Shown: in pieces, positions 54,865-63,719 of the stretch | Layout: the number at the start of each line of letters is the position of its first letter | Numbering within the stretch: position 1 is the first letter of the stretch | Virus record (IMG/VR): IMGVR_UViG_3300008108_004834 | Span: 15,844-79,843 of that record | Reading direction: 5' to 3' (one strand) | Length of the DNA stretch: 64,000 bases | DNA from: a virus | Translations under genes and position numbers: made by a program | Notes under the pieces: model-generated | Database searches by the model: none | Told to the model about the DNA's origin: nothing | Seen by the model: the letters and a program-made list of their open reading frames with translations, nothing else

Positions 54865-56739
54865 ATGGCAAGCGGAGTTTTCGGTCTTAAGAAGATTTAC
54901 AAAAGACAAGTTGAAAATGTAATTAATAACAACTTCAACAGTTGGACTGAAGACTTCACTGATGCTTATATTATTGCCGGAAATAGGCCATCAAATGCCT
55001 CCCAAACATCTATAATAAAATACTCATACTTTTCTAACTCCAGTGTTATTCTTCCCTCAGCATCTAATATTTCTCCCACTTGTGGGTTATCTAATGCATT
55101 TGGAGTATCAAATGATACCTATGGGTATTATGCTGCAGGAACAAATAGTAATAGTAATGTAGTATCAAGACTTGATTTTTCTACAGACCTATCATCTTTA
55201 CCAGGCAAAAATTTACCAACGGTTGTTGATTATGGTGGGTCAATATCAAGAATTGATTTTGGATATGGTTATTTTGTTGGTGGACAAAATGGAACACTAC
55301 CAAATCCAAATGAAATTTCAACAATTACAAGATTAGATTTTGCAACAGAAACTATATCTCCTACAACAAATCTTCCCACATCCTTATTCCAAATAAGGGC
55401 ATTCAATGGTTCTACTTATGGATATGCAATAGGAGGAACTGATCCTACCAATACAGCAAAAAATACAATTTATCGTTTAGATTTTTCAAATGATACTTTG
55501 GCAATTTCTCTTCCATCCAAAAATTTTGCTAGTAATAGATCAGGATCTTGTGTTAATGAAAGTCCACTGTATGGGTATGCAGTTTCGGGGCAAAATGTAA
55601 GTACTATAGAGCGTCTTGATTTTGCTTCAGAAACAGTTTCTGCATTATCTTCACTATCAGCAGGACCTGGATCTAGTGGATCTTATTTCTCATCTTTATC
55701 TGATGGATATGTACTAGCAAATGCTGCTTCTGGCGATTTTTCTAGATTAGATTTTTCCAATGAAACTGTACAACTTTCTCTTGGAATTGTTGAAGCCAGA
55801 GAAAAATCATCTTGTGTGAGTGCCAGACATAAAACATACAATAAAAATACAAATACTTTTATGTATGCAAACAGAGGCACCCAAGGTGGGGAAATAGATA
55901 AGTTGTCCTATCAAACAGAAACCTGGACAACTAACCTTGATGCTACTGCCCAAGAACAATCGGAAACAAGTGGAGCATCAACAAATTCTTATGGGTATAT
56001 TTTTGGTGGGAAAAAGGGAACCGGAACAACTACATTGATTTCAAGATTGGATTTTTCAAGTGATACTCTTACTTCTGGAGCAAAAGAGGATAAGTCTAAA
56101 CTTTCTATAATTCTCCCTTCCACCTCATCTACAACACAATTTGGAACAACCCAAACAAATTCTTATGCATACATAATTGGTGGATCAAATCCAGGATCTT
56201 CATCTATTTGGAGAATGGATTTTTCAACGGATAGTCTTGTTCCAAGTGGAATTTATCCACAATCAAGAACAAATATACGTTCGGTAAAAAGTGCAACAAC
56301 ATCATATCTTAATTTTGGTGGCGGTTCTATAAGTACAATAATGCGATTAAATTTTTCATCAGAAACTCTAAGTACATCACCGACGAATTATCCTATTGCT
56401 CTTATTCAAGACGTGGCTGCAACTGCAACTTCTGCAAATTATTCTTATGGGTATTTTCTGGGTGGTCGTAATCCTGGAGCATCTCCAAATGTTGTCAGTT
56501 CAATTTATAGATTAGATTTTACAAACGAAACATTTACTCTATCTTCAAATAGTGTTTCGAGTAGTGGTAATAGTATTGGAGGATATGCCTATAATGATAT
56601 GTATGGATATTTTAATGTATTACAAAGTGGACAATCTTCTTTATTCCGAATGGATTTTGGGACAGAATTACTTACGACACAAGCACCATCTCCATCAAAC
56701 AGACAAAGCGGTGTTGCTTACACTAATTCAAATGTATAA
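54865..56739 (+). CDS. Kelch-like double beta-propeller protein 1 (diverged repeats)
   Basis: About 12 repeats of YGY..GG...I.RLDFS.ET. Confidence 0.8.
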   Translation: MASGVFGLKKIYKRQVENVINNNFNSWTEDFTDAYIIAGNRPSNASQTSIIKYSYFSNSSVILPSASNISPTCGLSNAFGVSNDTYGYYAAGTNSNSNVVSRLDFSTDLSSLPGKNLPTVVDYGGSISRIDFGYGYFVGGQNGTLPNPNEISTITRLDFATETISPTTNLPTSLFQIRAFNGSTYGYAIGGTDPTNTAKNTIYRLDFSNDTLAISLPSKNFASNRSGSCVNESPLYGYAVSGQNVSTIERLDFASETVSALSSLSAGPGSSGSYFSSLSDGYVLANAASGDFSRLDFSNETVQLSLGIVEAREKSSCVSARHKTYNKNTNTFMYANRGTQGGEIDKLSYQTETWTTNLDATAQEQSETSGASTNSYGYIFGGKKGTGTTTLISRLDFSSDTLTSGAKEDKSKLSIILPSTSSTTQFGTTQTNSYAYIIGGSNPGSSSIWRMDFSTDSLVPSGIYPQSRTNIRSVKSATTSYLNFGGGSISTIMRLNFSSETLSTSPTNYPIALIQDVAATATSANYSYGYFLGGRNPGASPNVVSSIYRLDFTNETFTLSSNSVSSSGNSIGGYAYNDMYGYFNVLQSGQSSLFRMDFGTELLTTQAPSPSNRQSGVAYTNSNV

Positions 56740-56796
56740 TCAAATGAATAAATATAAAAAGGAGTTATACTCCAAAGAATTCTATATTGAAATCTA

Positions 56797-58623
56797 ATGG
56801 CACAAGGAGTATTTTCGCTACTGGAAGTTAGGTCAGAGCAAGTTAGTAATGTAGCAAATAATAACTTTTCTTCTTGGCCTGAAGGTGCTACTTATGGTTA
56901 TTATGGGGGTGGTGCTGAAGTTCCTACTCGTATAAACACCATTACCCGTATTGATTTCTCTAATGAAACTATCAGTGACCCTGGCAAGAACTTACCTACA
57001 ATAAGAAGTTCTCCGACAGCATCTTCAAGTAGTTCCTATGGTTACTTTGGTGGAGGTCTAACTGGTCCTACTACTTACTTAAACACCATTACTCGTATTG
57101 ATTTCTCTAATGAAATAGTTAGTAATCCTGGTAATAACTTTCCTTCAACAAGAGCATCATTTGCAGCAGTCTCAAATAGTTTTTATGGTTATTTTGGGGG
57201 TAGCTCCACGTTTGTTGATATAAACACCATTACCCGTATTGATTTCTCTAATGAAACTATCAGTGACCCTGGCAAGAACTTACCTGCAGAAACAAGTAGA
57301 CTTGCATCAGTCTCAAGCAGTTCTTATGGTTACTTTGGTGGTGGATTTTCTCCTACTTCTCCTACTACTGCCGTAAACACTATCAGTCGCCTTGATTTTT
57401 CTAATGAAACAGTTAGTAATCCTGGCAAGAACTTTTCTTCGACAAAAAGCGAATTTGCAGGAACCTCAAGTAGTTCTTATGGTTACTTTGGCGGTGGTTC
57501 TGGTTCTATAAGCACTATCACCCGTCTTGATTTTTCTAATGAAACAGTTAGTGATCCGGGAAAGAATTTGCCTTCAGTAAGAGAAGATATTGCAACATCC
57601 CAAAATAATTCTTATGGTTATTTTGGTGGTGGTTTTAGTCCCGCCCAAATAAACATAATCAGTCGTCTTGATTTTTCCAATGAAACCGTTAGTGATCCAG
57701 GAAAGAATTTGCCTTCAGCAAGAAATAATTTAACAGCACTCTCTGGAGGAGCATCTACGTTTAGATTGAATAAAAGTTATGTATATTTTGGTGGCGGAGA
57801 TAATTTAGGACTTAATGTTGTCAAATTGGATGTTTTTTCTGAAACAACGTCAACACTTTTGAGTACTCTTGATCAAAGTAAAGAAGGATATTCTGCAGCA
57901 TCAAGCAATTTTTATGGATATTTTGCTGGAGGTGGTCCGTCTTTAATTAGTACAGTTAATCGTTTAGATTTTTCAAACGATTCAATTAGTTTGCCAGGAA
58001 ACAATTTTCCTTCAAATAGAGGTTTTGTTGGAGCAACAGCAAGTAATTCTTATGTATATTTTGGTGGGGGAAATAATAACCTTAATACAGTTGTTCGTTT
58101 AGATTTTTCAAACGATTCAATCAGTTTGCCAGGAAAAAATTTATCCGCATCTAGGGGATCTTTGGCTACAGTATTTAATTCTTCTTATGGTTATTATTGT
58201 GGAGGACAGATTCCATCGGGATCAACTACTATCAATACCATTGATAGGATTGATTTTTCAAATGAAACTACGAGTCTTCCTGGAAACAATTTACCTGTGC
58301 AAACTTTTGATCTTGGGGCAGCATCAAGTAATTCCTATGGATATTTTGCAGGTGGAGATGGAACTCCATTAAATACAAACTTAGTAAGTCGTCTTGATTT
58401 TTCAAACGAAACCTTAAGTCTTCCTGGAAAAAATTTAGCAGTAGCAAAAGATGGATTATCTGGTTCTTCTGGCGGTACTAATTATGCTTATTTTTCTGGA
58501 AGTGTCACTCCAAGTTCATCACTGATACAAAGATTGGATTTTTCTACCGAAAGTATAATTGATATTTCGGAAAGATTTCCGATTGCTGGGGGGCATATGG
58601 GAGCAACTTCAAACTCAAACTAA
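56797..58623 (+). CDS. Kelch-like double beta-propeller protein 2
   Basis: 12 repeats (6+6) of SSYGYFGGG-x-INTISRLDFSNETVSDPGKNLP..R. Confidence 0.85.
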   Translation: MAQGVFSLLEVRSEQVSNVANNNFSSWPEGATYGYYGGGAEVPTRINTITRIDFSNETISDPGKNLPTIRSSPTASSSSSYGYFGGGLTGPTTYLNTITRIDFSNEIVSNPGNNFPSTRASFAAVSNSFYGYFGGSSTFVDINTITRIDFSNETISDPGKNLPAETSRLASVSSSSYGYFGGGFSPTSPTTAVNTISRLDFSNETVSNPGKNFSSTKSEFAGTSSSSYGYFGGGSGSISTITRLDFSNETVSDPGKNLPSVREDIATSQNNSYGYFGGGFSPAQINIISRLDFSNETVSDPGKNLPSARNNLTALSGGASTFRLNKSYVYFGGGDNLGLNVVKLDVFSETTSTLLSTLDQSKEGYSAASSNFYGYFAGGGPSLISTVNRLDFSNDSISLPGNNFPSNRGFVGATASNSYVYFGGGNNNLNTVVRLDFSNDSISLPGKNLSASRGSLATVFNSSYGYYCGGQIPSGSTTINTIDRIDFSNETTSLPGNNLPVQTFDLGAASSNSYGYFAGGDGTPLNTNLVSRLDFSNETLSLPGKNLAVAKDGLSGSSGGTNYAYFSGSVTPSSSLIQRLDFSTESIIDISERFPIAGGHMGATSNSN

Positions 58624-58652
58624 ATAAAACACTTACATCATAATCATATGAA
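58600..58652 (+). repeat. Gene-junction repeat, copy 1 (copy 2 at 63006-63057)
   Basis: GGAGCA...TCAAACTCAAACTAAATAA..ACA..TACATCATAA(T)CATATGAA. Confidence 0.9.
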
Positions 58653-60192
58653 ATCTGGAGCAACTGAAAGTTCTTTTCATTATCTTTCAAAATTTTATAA
58701 TATACCCGAACAAGTTCATATCTCAAGATCCGCAGAAGATTTAGTAACATCTGCAAAACCAATCAAAATTCTCTGGGCACACGATAATTGTGATCAACCA
58801 ATTCATTATCGTCTTCCAGAGTTATCTCAACATATCAATGCAATTGTTTGCTTATCTGATTGGGAAAGAAATCAGTATATCAAATTTAACAGAGCACCAG
58901 AAGAAAAGTTGACTGTAATTTATTATGGTCTGGATGAGATGTTTGTACCTTCATCTAAACCAAAATCAAAAACTGCAATTTTCTTTTCTGCACCCCATAA
59001 GGGAATTGCACCACTTCCAAAAATCTGGAAGCAAGTCATCAAACAACATCCAGACGCTCAGTTAAAAGTATTCTCCTCAATGTCACTATATGAGAATGCT
59101 GGAAATTATGAAGAAGAAACCGAAGAATTCAAGGAAGCAATAAAAGAACTCCAATCTCTACCAAATGTTCTTTATTCTCCTTGTATTGAAAGAGAAGAAT
59201 TAGTAACTCATATTCAAGATGCTGCATTCTTTGTTCACCCGAATGTATGGGAAGAAACTTTCTGCCTTTCCTTAGCAGAAGCAATGGCATGTGGATGCTA
59301 TCCAATTACCAGTGACATTGGAGCACTTTCAGAAGTTTCTTTTGGAAGAGGTAAGTATGTTCCAATGACCGGAGAAAATACTCCTTCTGGATGGAAACCT
59401 TCTCCAAAGTTTATTAATGAATTTGCACAAGAGGTTTCTAGATGTTTTGATTTCTTTGAAAAAGAACCTGAAACATTTTACAAAGCAACCAAAGATCTTT
59501 CCGAACTTACAAGAGAAGTTTACGATTGGAAGAAATCTGCAGTTATTTGGAAAGATCTGGTGAATATTATTCAACAAAAAGAGACTCCATTTAATGACGA
59601 CTGGATTTTTAATCAAGTATATCATCAGAATGAATATGGAATAGATTCCTTTTCTTCAGAAGATGTTGTAATTGATATTGGATCACACAAAGGATTTTTT
59701 GCAAAACTTTGTATGGATAAAGGTTGCAAACAAATTCATTGTTTTGAACCCGAAGAAAAAAACTTTGGAGCACTTGTAAATAATCTAAAAGATTATAAGT
59801 ATTTTCAACCATATCCATTTGCTGTTTTAGATAAAAGGAGAAAGAAAAAGTTTGTAATTGTTCCTGGAACTAATACTGGAATGCATTCTTTTTACCAAAA
59901 GAATGGAATTGAAACTGAAATTAATTGTATAGGTCTTGATGATATTCTAATAAACTTTCCAAAGATATCTTTACTTAAAATAGATGCAGAAGGTTCTGAA
60001 TTTGAGATTCTAATGAAATCAAAACTTCTATTTAAAGTGGAAAAGATTGTTGGTGAATATCACGATGATCTAACAGATAAAACTTCAAAGGAATTATTTG
60101 AATTCTTGGAATCAAAGAACTTTATAATTAAACAAGTGAAACCTTATAATTCTACTTCAGGATTTTTCTGTGCGGAAAATACTCATAAATAA
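58648..60192 (+). CDS. GT4 glycosyltransferase - FkbM methyltransferase fusion
   Basis: ETFCLSLAEAMACG..PITSDIGAL (GT4); IDIGSHKG, FEP, LKIDAEGSE (FkbM). Confidence 0.88.
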   Translation: MKSGATESSFHYLSKFYNIPEQVHISRSAEDLVTSAKPIKILWAHDNCDQPIHYRLPELSQHINAIVCLSDWERNQYIKFNRAPEEKLTVIYYGLDEMFVPSSKPKSKTAIFFSAPHKGIAPLPKIWKQVIKQHPDAQLKVFSSMSLYENAGNYEEETEEFKEAIKELQSLPNVLYSPCIEREELVTHIQDAAFFVHPNVWEETFCLSLAEAMACGCYPITSDIGALSEVSFGRGKYVPMTGENTPSGWKPSPKFINEFAQEVSRCFDFFEKEPETFYKATKDLSELTREVYDWKKSAVIWKDLVNIIQQKETPFNDDWIFNQVYHQNEYGIDSFSSEDVVIDIGSHKGFFAKLCMDKGCKQIHCFEPEEKNFGALVNNLKDYKYFQPYPFAVLDKRRKKKFVIVPGTNTGMHSFYQKNGIETEINCIGLDDILINFPKISLLKIDAEGSEFEILMKSKLLFKVEKIVGEYHDDLTDKTSKELFEFLESKNFIIKQVKPYNSTSGFFCAENTHK

Positions 60193-60209
60193 CAAAAGAT
60201 ATTACAAAA

Positions 60210-61067
60210 ATGAAAGAGACTATGACAAATAACTATGAAGCAATTGCTCTTGCAACTTCCAAAGAAGTTCTTGATGATAAGAATGACTTTATGTTCAAAG
60301 TGCTGAATGAAGCAAATCGTTGGGCAGAAAGTGAAGTTGAACTTGCTCAAGGAAGATCTGATTTCCAGATTGAAAAGTTTATTATTCACGATAACTTCAC
60401 GATTCCTTCTGCATTCAAAGCAGCAATCGTCAATCGTCGTAGTGTAGCAGAAGGTCTTCTACAACAAATTATAGAAGCAAAAAGAGTCGCAAGAGAGTTT
60501 CATTATAAGTGGGAAGGAAAGGATAAAACCCAACCAATCTGGTGGAAAACCCGTGATGGTGGTGAAGAACTCTGTTGGTATGATATTGATGAATTCCATT
60601 TTCATCGTATGCTAGAAAACATCAATCGTGGATTCAAAGCATCTGTAGAAGAACTTGAGTGTTTTGATAAACTTATCAGTCGTCTGGTGGAATTGAATGG
60701 TAATCAATTAGTTTCAAGAGATCAGTATAATCAAGATCAACCAAACTATTGGGAGAGAAGACTTGCTAACCAGTCTCTGGATGATCTACTTGCGGCAAGA
60801 ACTGGTGTCAATGCTGGTAATATTCGTTCCATGAGACGCGCAAGTGCCCCTACAGTACTGACCGATGATGTCAATCGTACAAAGGGATCATTTGGTGATC
60901 CTAACAACCCTCTTGAGTTCCTGAACTCTCTTCAGGAAAGTGTTGCTGCTGGCATTCAAGAGATTACTGGATTAGATCAAGCACTTCTTCGTGGTATTGA
61001 AGAGAAAGAAGAAGCAAAACAAATTACAAGTTCATTATTCAATCAAGACCTTAAAATAAAGGAATAA
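60210..61067 (+). CDS. Hypothetical helical protein
   Basis: GRSDFQIEKFI, YWERRLANQ, GVNAGN. Confidence 0.75.
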   Translation: MKETMTNNYEAIALATSKEVLDDKNDFMFKVLNEANRWAESEVELAQGRSDFQIEKFIIHDNFTIPSAFKAAIVNRRSVAEGLLQQIIEAKRVAREFHYKWEGKDKTQPIWWKTRDGGEELCWYDIDEFHFHRMLENINRGFKASVEELECFDKLISRLVELNGNQLVSRDQYNQDQPNYWERRLANQSLDDLLAARTGVNAGNIRSMRRASAPTVLTDDVNRTKGSFGDPNNPLEFLNSLQESVAAGIQEITGLDQALLRGIEEKEEAKQITSSLFNQDLKIKE

Positions 61068-61070
61068 TCA

Positions 61071-63029
61071 ATGGCTGGAATTACCACTTACTATACTCCA
61101 CCAAATCGTATTGGAGATGTATTCGGTTTAGCAACTATATATGAAAGACAGTTGCAAAATATAGAAAGTGGTAATTTTTACTATTGGAATGAAAGTGCGA
61201 CTTATGGTTATTATGGCGGCGGCCCCAGTTTAAACACTATCAGTCGTCTTGATTTTTCAAACGAAATTGTTAGTGATCCCAATAATAATCTACCTTCAAT
61301 AAGAAATGAATTTGCTGCAACCCCAAGTAGTTCTTATGGGTATTTTGGAGGAGGTACTAATCCAGCCAGTCCCACTATTATAAACACTATCAGTCGTCTT
61401 GATTTTTCAAACGAAACTGTTAGTAACCCCAATAAAAATTTACTAGTAGGAAGAAGAAACTTAGCTTCAACTGCAAGTAGTTCTTATGGTTATTTTGGCG
61501 GTGGAGATTCTTTAGCAGATCCATCCACAAATACCATTAGTCGTCTTGACTTTTCAACCGAAACTGTCAGTGATCCTGGAAAAAATTTACTCTCAGATAG
61601 AAATGGATTAGCAGCAACATCAAGTAATTCTTATGGTTATTTTGGGGGTGGTCTTACTTCGCCACCTGCACCAACCACTTTCAATACCATCACTCGTCTT
61701 GACTTTTCTACTGAAACTGTTAGCGAACCTGGTAACAATTTACCTAGCTCAAGACAATTATCAGCAGCAACATCAAGTAATTCTTATGGTTATTTTTCTG
61801 GTGGGGTACTAGTTTCTACTAATATAAGTACTATGAGTCGTCTTGATTTTTCAAACGAAACTGTTAGTAATCCCAATAATAATCTACCAGAAAGAAGAAA
61901 ATTAGATTCAACTGCAAGTAGTTCTTATGGATACTTTGGTGGCGGTTCTGGTCCTACTACTACTATAAACACAATCAGTCGTCTTGATTTTTCTAACGAA
62001 ACAACAAGTAATCCTGGAAGAAATTTATCTACAGGAAGAGATGGTTTAGCAGCAGTTTCTGGAGGAAAATCTGTACTAAGGGACAATAAAACTTATGGTT
62101 ACTTTGTAGGAGGAAATACTGGTACATATCTATCTGAAACTATTACAAGTAATATAACTAAATTTGATTTTTCTTCTGAAGTTCGTAGCGATTCTAATAA
62201 ATATACCACATATGTGTATTTGACAACATTATCAAATAATTCTTATGGGTATTTTTGTAATGGAGGTTTTAGTGGTGGACCAACTGGCACTTCACAAGAA
62301 GTTCTTGCTCGCTTTGATTTACTTAATGAGACTTATGTATTTACTAACATTGCATCCAATATTATCCAGGATACGTATAAATTAGCAGCAACCTCAAGCA
62401 ATTCTTATGGATATATTGCAGGAGGTCGTTATTCTCGTGGTGGTGCCCCTACTTTCCTAGTCAGTGATATAAGTAGACTTGATTTTTCCGATGACAGCGT
62501 TAATAATAGATTGAATTTACCAATAGCTATAGTTGGTCTATCAGCAATTTCAAATAATTCTAATGGTTATTTTTCCGGAGGATATGCTGCTGGACCTTCT
62601 CCAAGTTCCAATATGTATACACTTAATTTTTCAAATGAAACGATAAGTACTTCCAATTTACCTTTTTCACGTACAGAACAAGCATCTTGTTCAAATAATA
62701 ATTATGGGTATTTTGCGGGAGGTACTAGCAATGCAGGAGAAGGAAATCCCGGAGTTTCTAGAACTAGCAATATTTGGAGATTGGATTTTTCTAATACAAC
62801 AACCTCAGTACTACCTCCTGCATCAAATTTATCAGCAGAACTAAGATATGCATCAGCAACAGCAAGTAATAATTATGGATACTTTGCGGGTGGGGATATA
62901 CTTGGAACTCCATTTGGTGCAGGAATATCAACAATTAATCGTTTAGATTTTTCAACTGAAGTCAGATCAAGTCCAGGAAATCTAGGAACAACATTATTCG
63001 GTTCTGGAGCACTCTCAAACTCAAACTAA
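61071..63029 (+). CDS. Kelch-like double beta-propeller protein 3
   Basis: 12 repeats (6+6), same consensus as protein 2. Confidence 0.85.
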   Translation: MAGITTYYTPPNRIGDVFGLATIYERQLQNIESGNFYYWNESATYGYYGGGPSLNTISRLDFSNEIVSDPNNNLPSIRNEFAATPSSSYGYFGGGTNPASPTIINTISRLDFSNETVSNPNKNLLVGRRNLASTASSSYGYFGGGDSLADPSTNTISRLDFSTETVSDPGKNLLSDRNGLAATSSNSYGYFGGGLTSPPAPTTFNTITRLDFSTETVSEPGNNLPSSRQLSAATSSNSYGYFSGGVLVSTNISTMSRLDFSNETVSNPNNNLPERRKLDSTASSSYGYFGGGSGPTTTINTISRLDFSNETTSNPGRNLSTGRDGLAAVSGGKSVLRDNKTYGYFVGGNTGTYLSETITSNITKFDFSSEVRSDSNKYTTYVYLTTLSNNSYGYFCNGGFSGGPTGTSQEVLARFDLLNETYVFTNIASNIIQDTYKLAATSSNSYGYIAGGRYSRGGAPTFLVSDISRLDFSDDSVNNRLNLPIAIVGLSAISNNSNGYFSGGYAAGPSPSSNMYTLNFSNETISTSNLPFSRTEQASCSNNNYGYFAGGTSNAGEGNPGVSRTSNIWRLDFSNTTTSVLPPASNLSAELRYASATASNNYGYFAGGDILGTPFGAGISTINRLDFSTEVRSSPGNLGTTLFGSGALSNSN

Positions 63030-63057
63030 ATAAGACAACTACATCATAACATATGAA
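63006..63057 (+). repeat. Gene-junction repeat, copy 2
   Basis: Near-identical to 58600-58652. Confidence 0.9.
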
Positions 63058-63715
63058 TGACATTCTTGCAAATATTATAATTCAACCGAAAGTATTAACT
63101 CCAGAAGCATGTGATTTTTTGATTAATCACGCAAAAAAATCCAATCAAGAACAGATGGGAGTTTTTGATGCAGAAAGAGCAAATGAAACTGGAGAGAATC
63201 ATCCCGGTAAAATTGACTTATCTTCCAGAAATGTAAAGTGTGCAGATATCTTACCAATCTTACCACAGATCAAAGAACTTTATGACAATATAGTTCATAA
63301 TGTTATCAATCCATTTTATAATTTTAAAATCAGAGACAGTGAATTACCTCAACTTTTAGTATACGAAAGAGGTGGTCACTATAAGGCACACTATGATGCT
63401 GTTGCACAATGGAAATGTCCCGATGGAAATATAATTTGGAAGAAATCTGTGGAAAGAGATTTATCCACAGTTCTTTTTCTTAATGATGACTTTGAGGGTG
63501 GGGAATTTGTATTCCCGGATTTGAGAATTACTATTCGCCCAGAACCAGGACTTCTAATTGCATTCCCATCTTCTCAACATTATTTACATAAAGTTGAACC
63601 AGTTATTTCAGGTACTCGTTATAGTATGGTAAATTGGATGACTGTTCAAGGAATAAAAACCAAAGATGAGATTGATAAAGAGTTATCGGATAAATATGGT
63701 ATAAAGGTCAATTAA
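63053..63715 (+). CDS. 2OG-Fe(II) oxygenase, prolyl-4-hydroxylase-like
   Basis: Y..GGHYKAHYD (HxD), LSTVLFLNDDFEGGE, HKVEPV..GTRYS. Confidence 0.9.
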   Translation: MNDILANIIIQPKVLTPEACDFLINHAKKSNQEQMGVFDAERANETGENHPGKIDLSSRNVKCADILPILPQIKELYDNIVHNVINPFYNFKIRDSELPQLLVYERGGHYKAHYDAVAQWKCPDGNIIWKKSVERDLSTVLFLNDDFEGGEFVFPDLRITIRPEPGLLIAFPSSQHYLHKVEPVISGTRYSMVNWMTVQGIKTKDEIDKELSDKYGIKVN

Positions 63716-63719
63716 ACAA

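Noticed and set aside
54865-63029. CRISPR array or DGR template/variable repeats
   Set aside because: The repeats are in-frame coding blades of about 140 nt with synonymous variation. Differences are not adenine-specific, and no reverse transcriptase or cas gene lies in the window.
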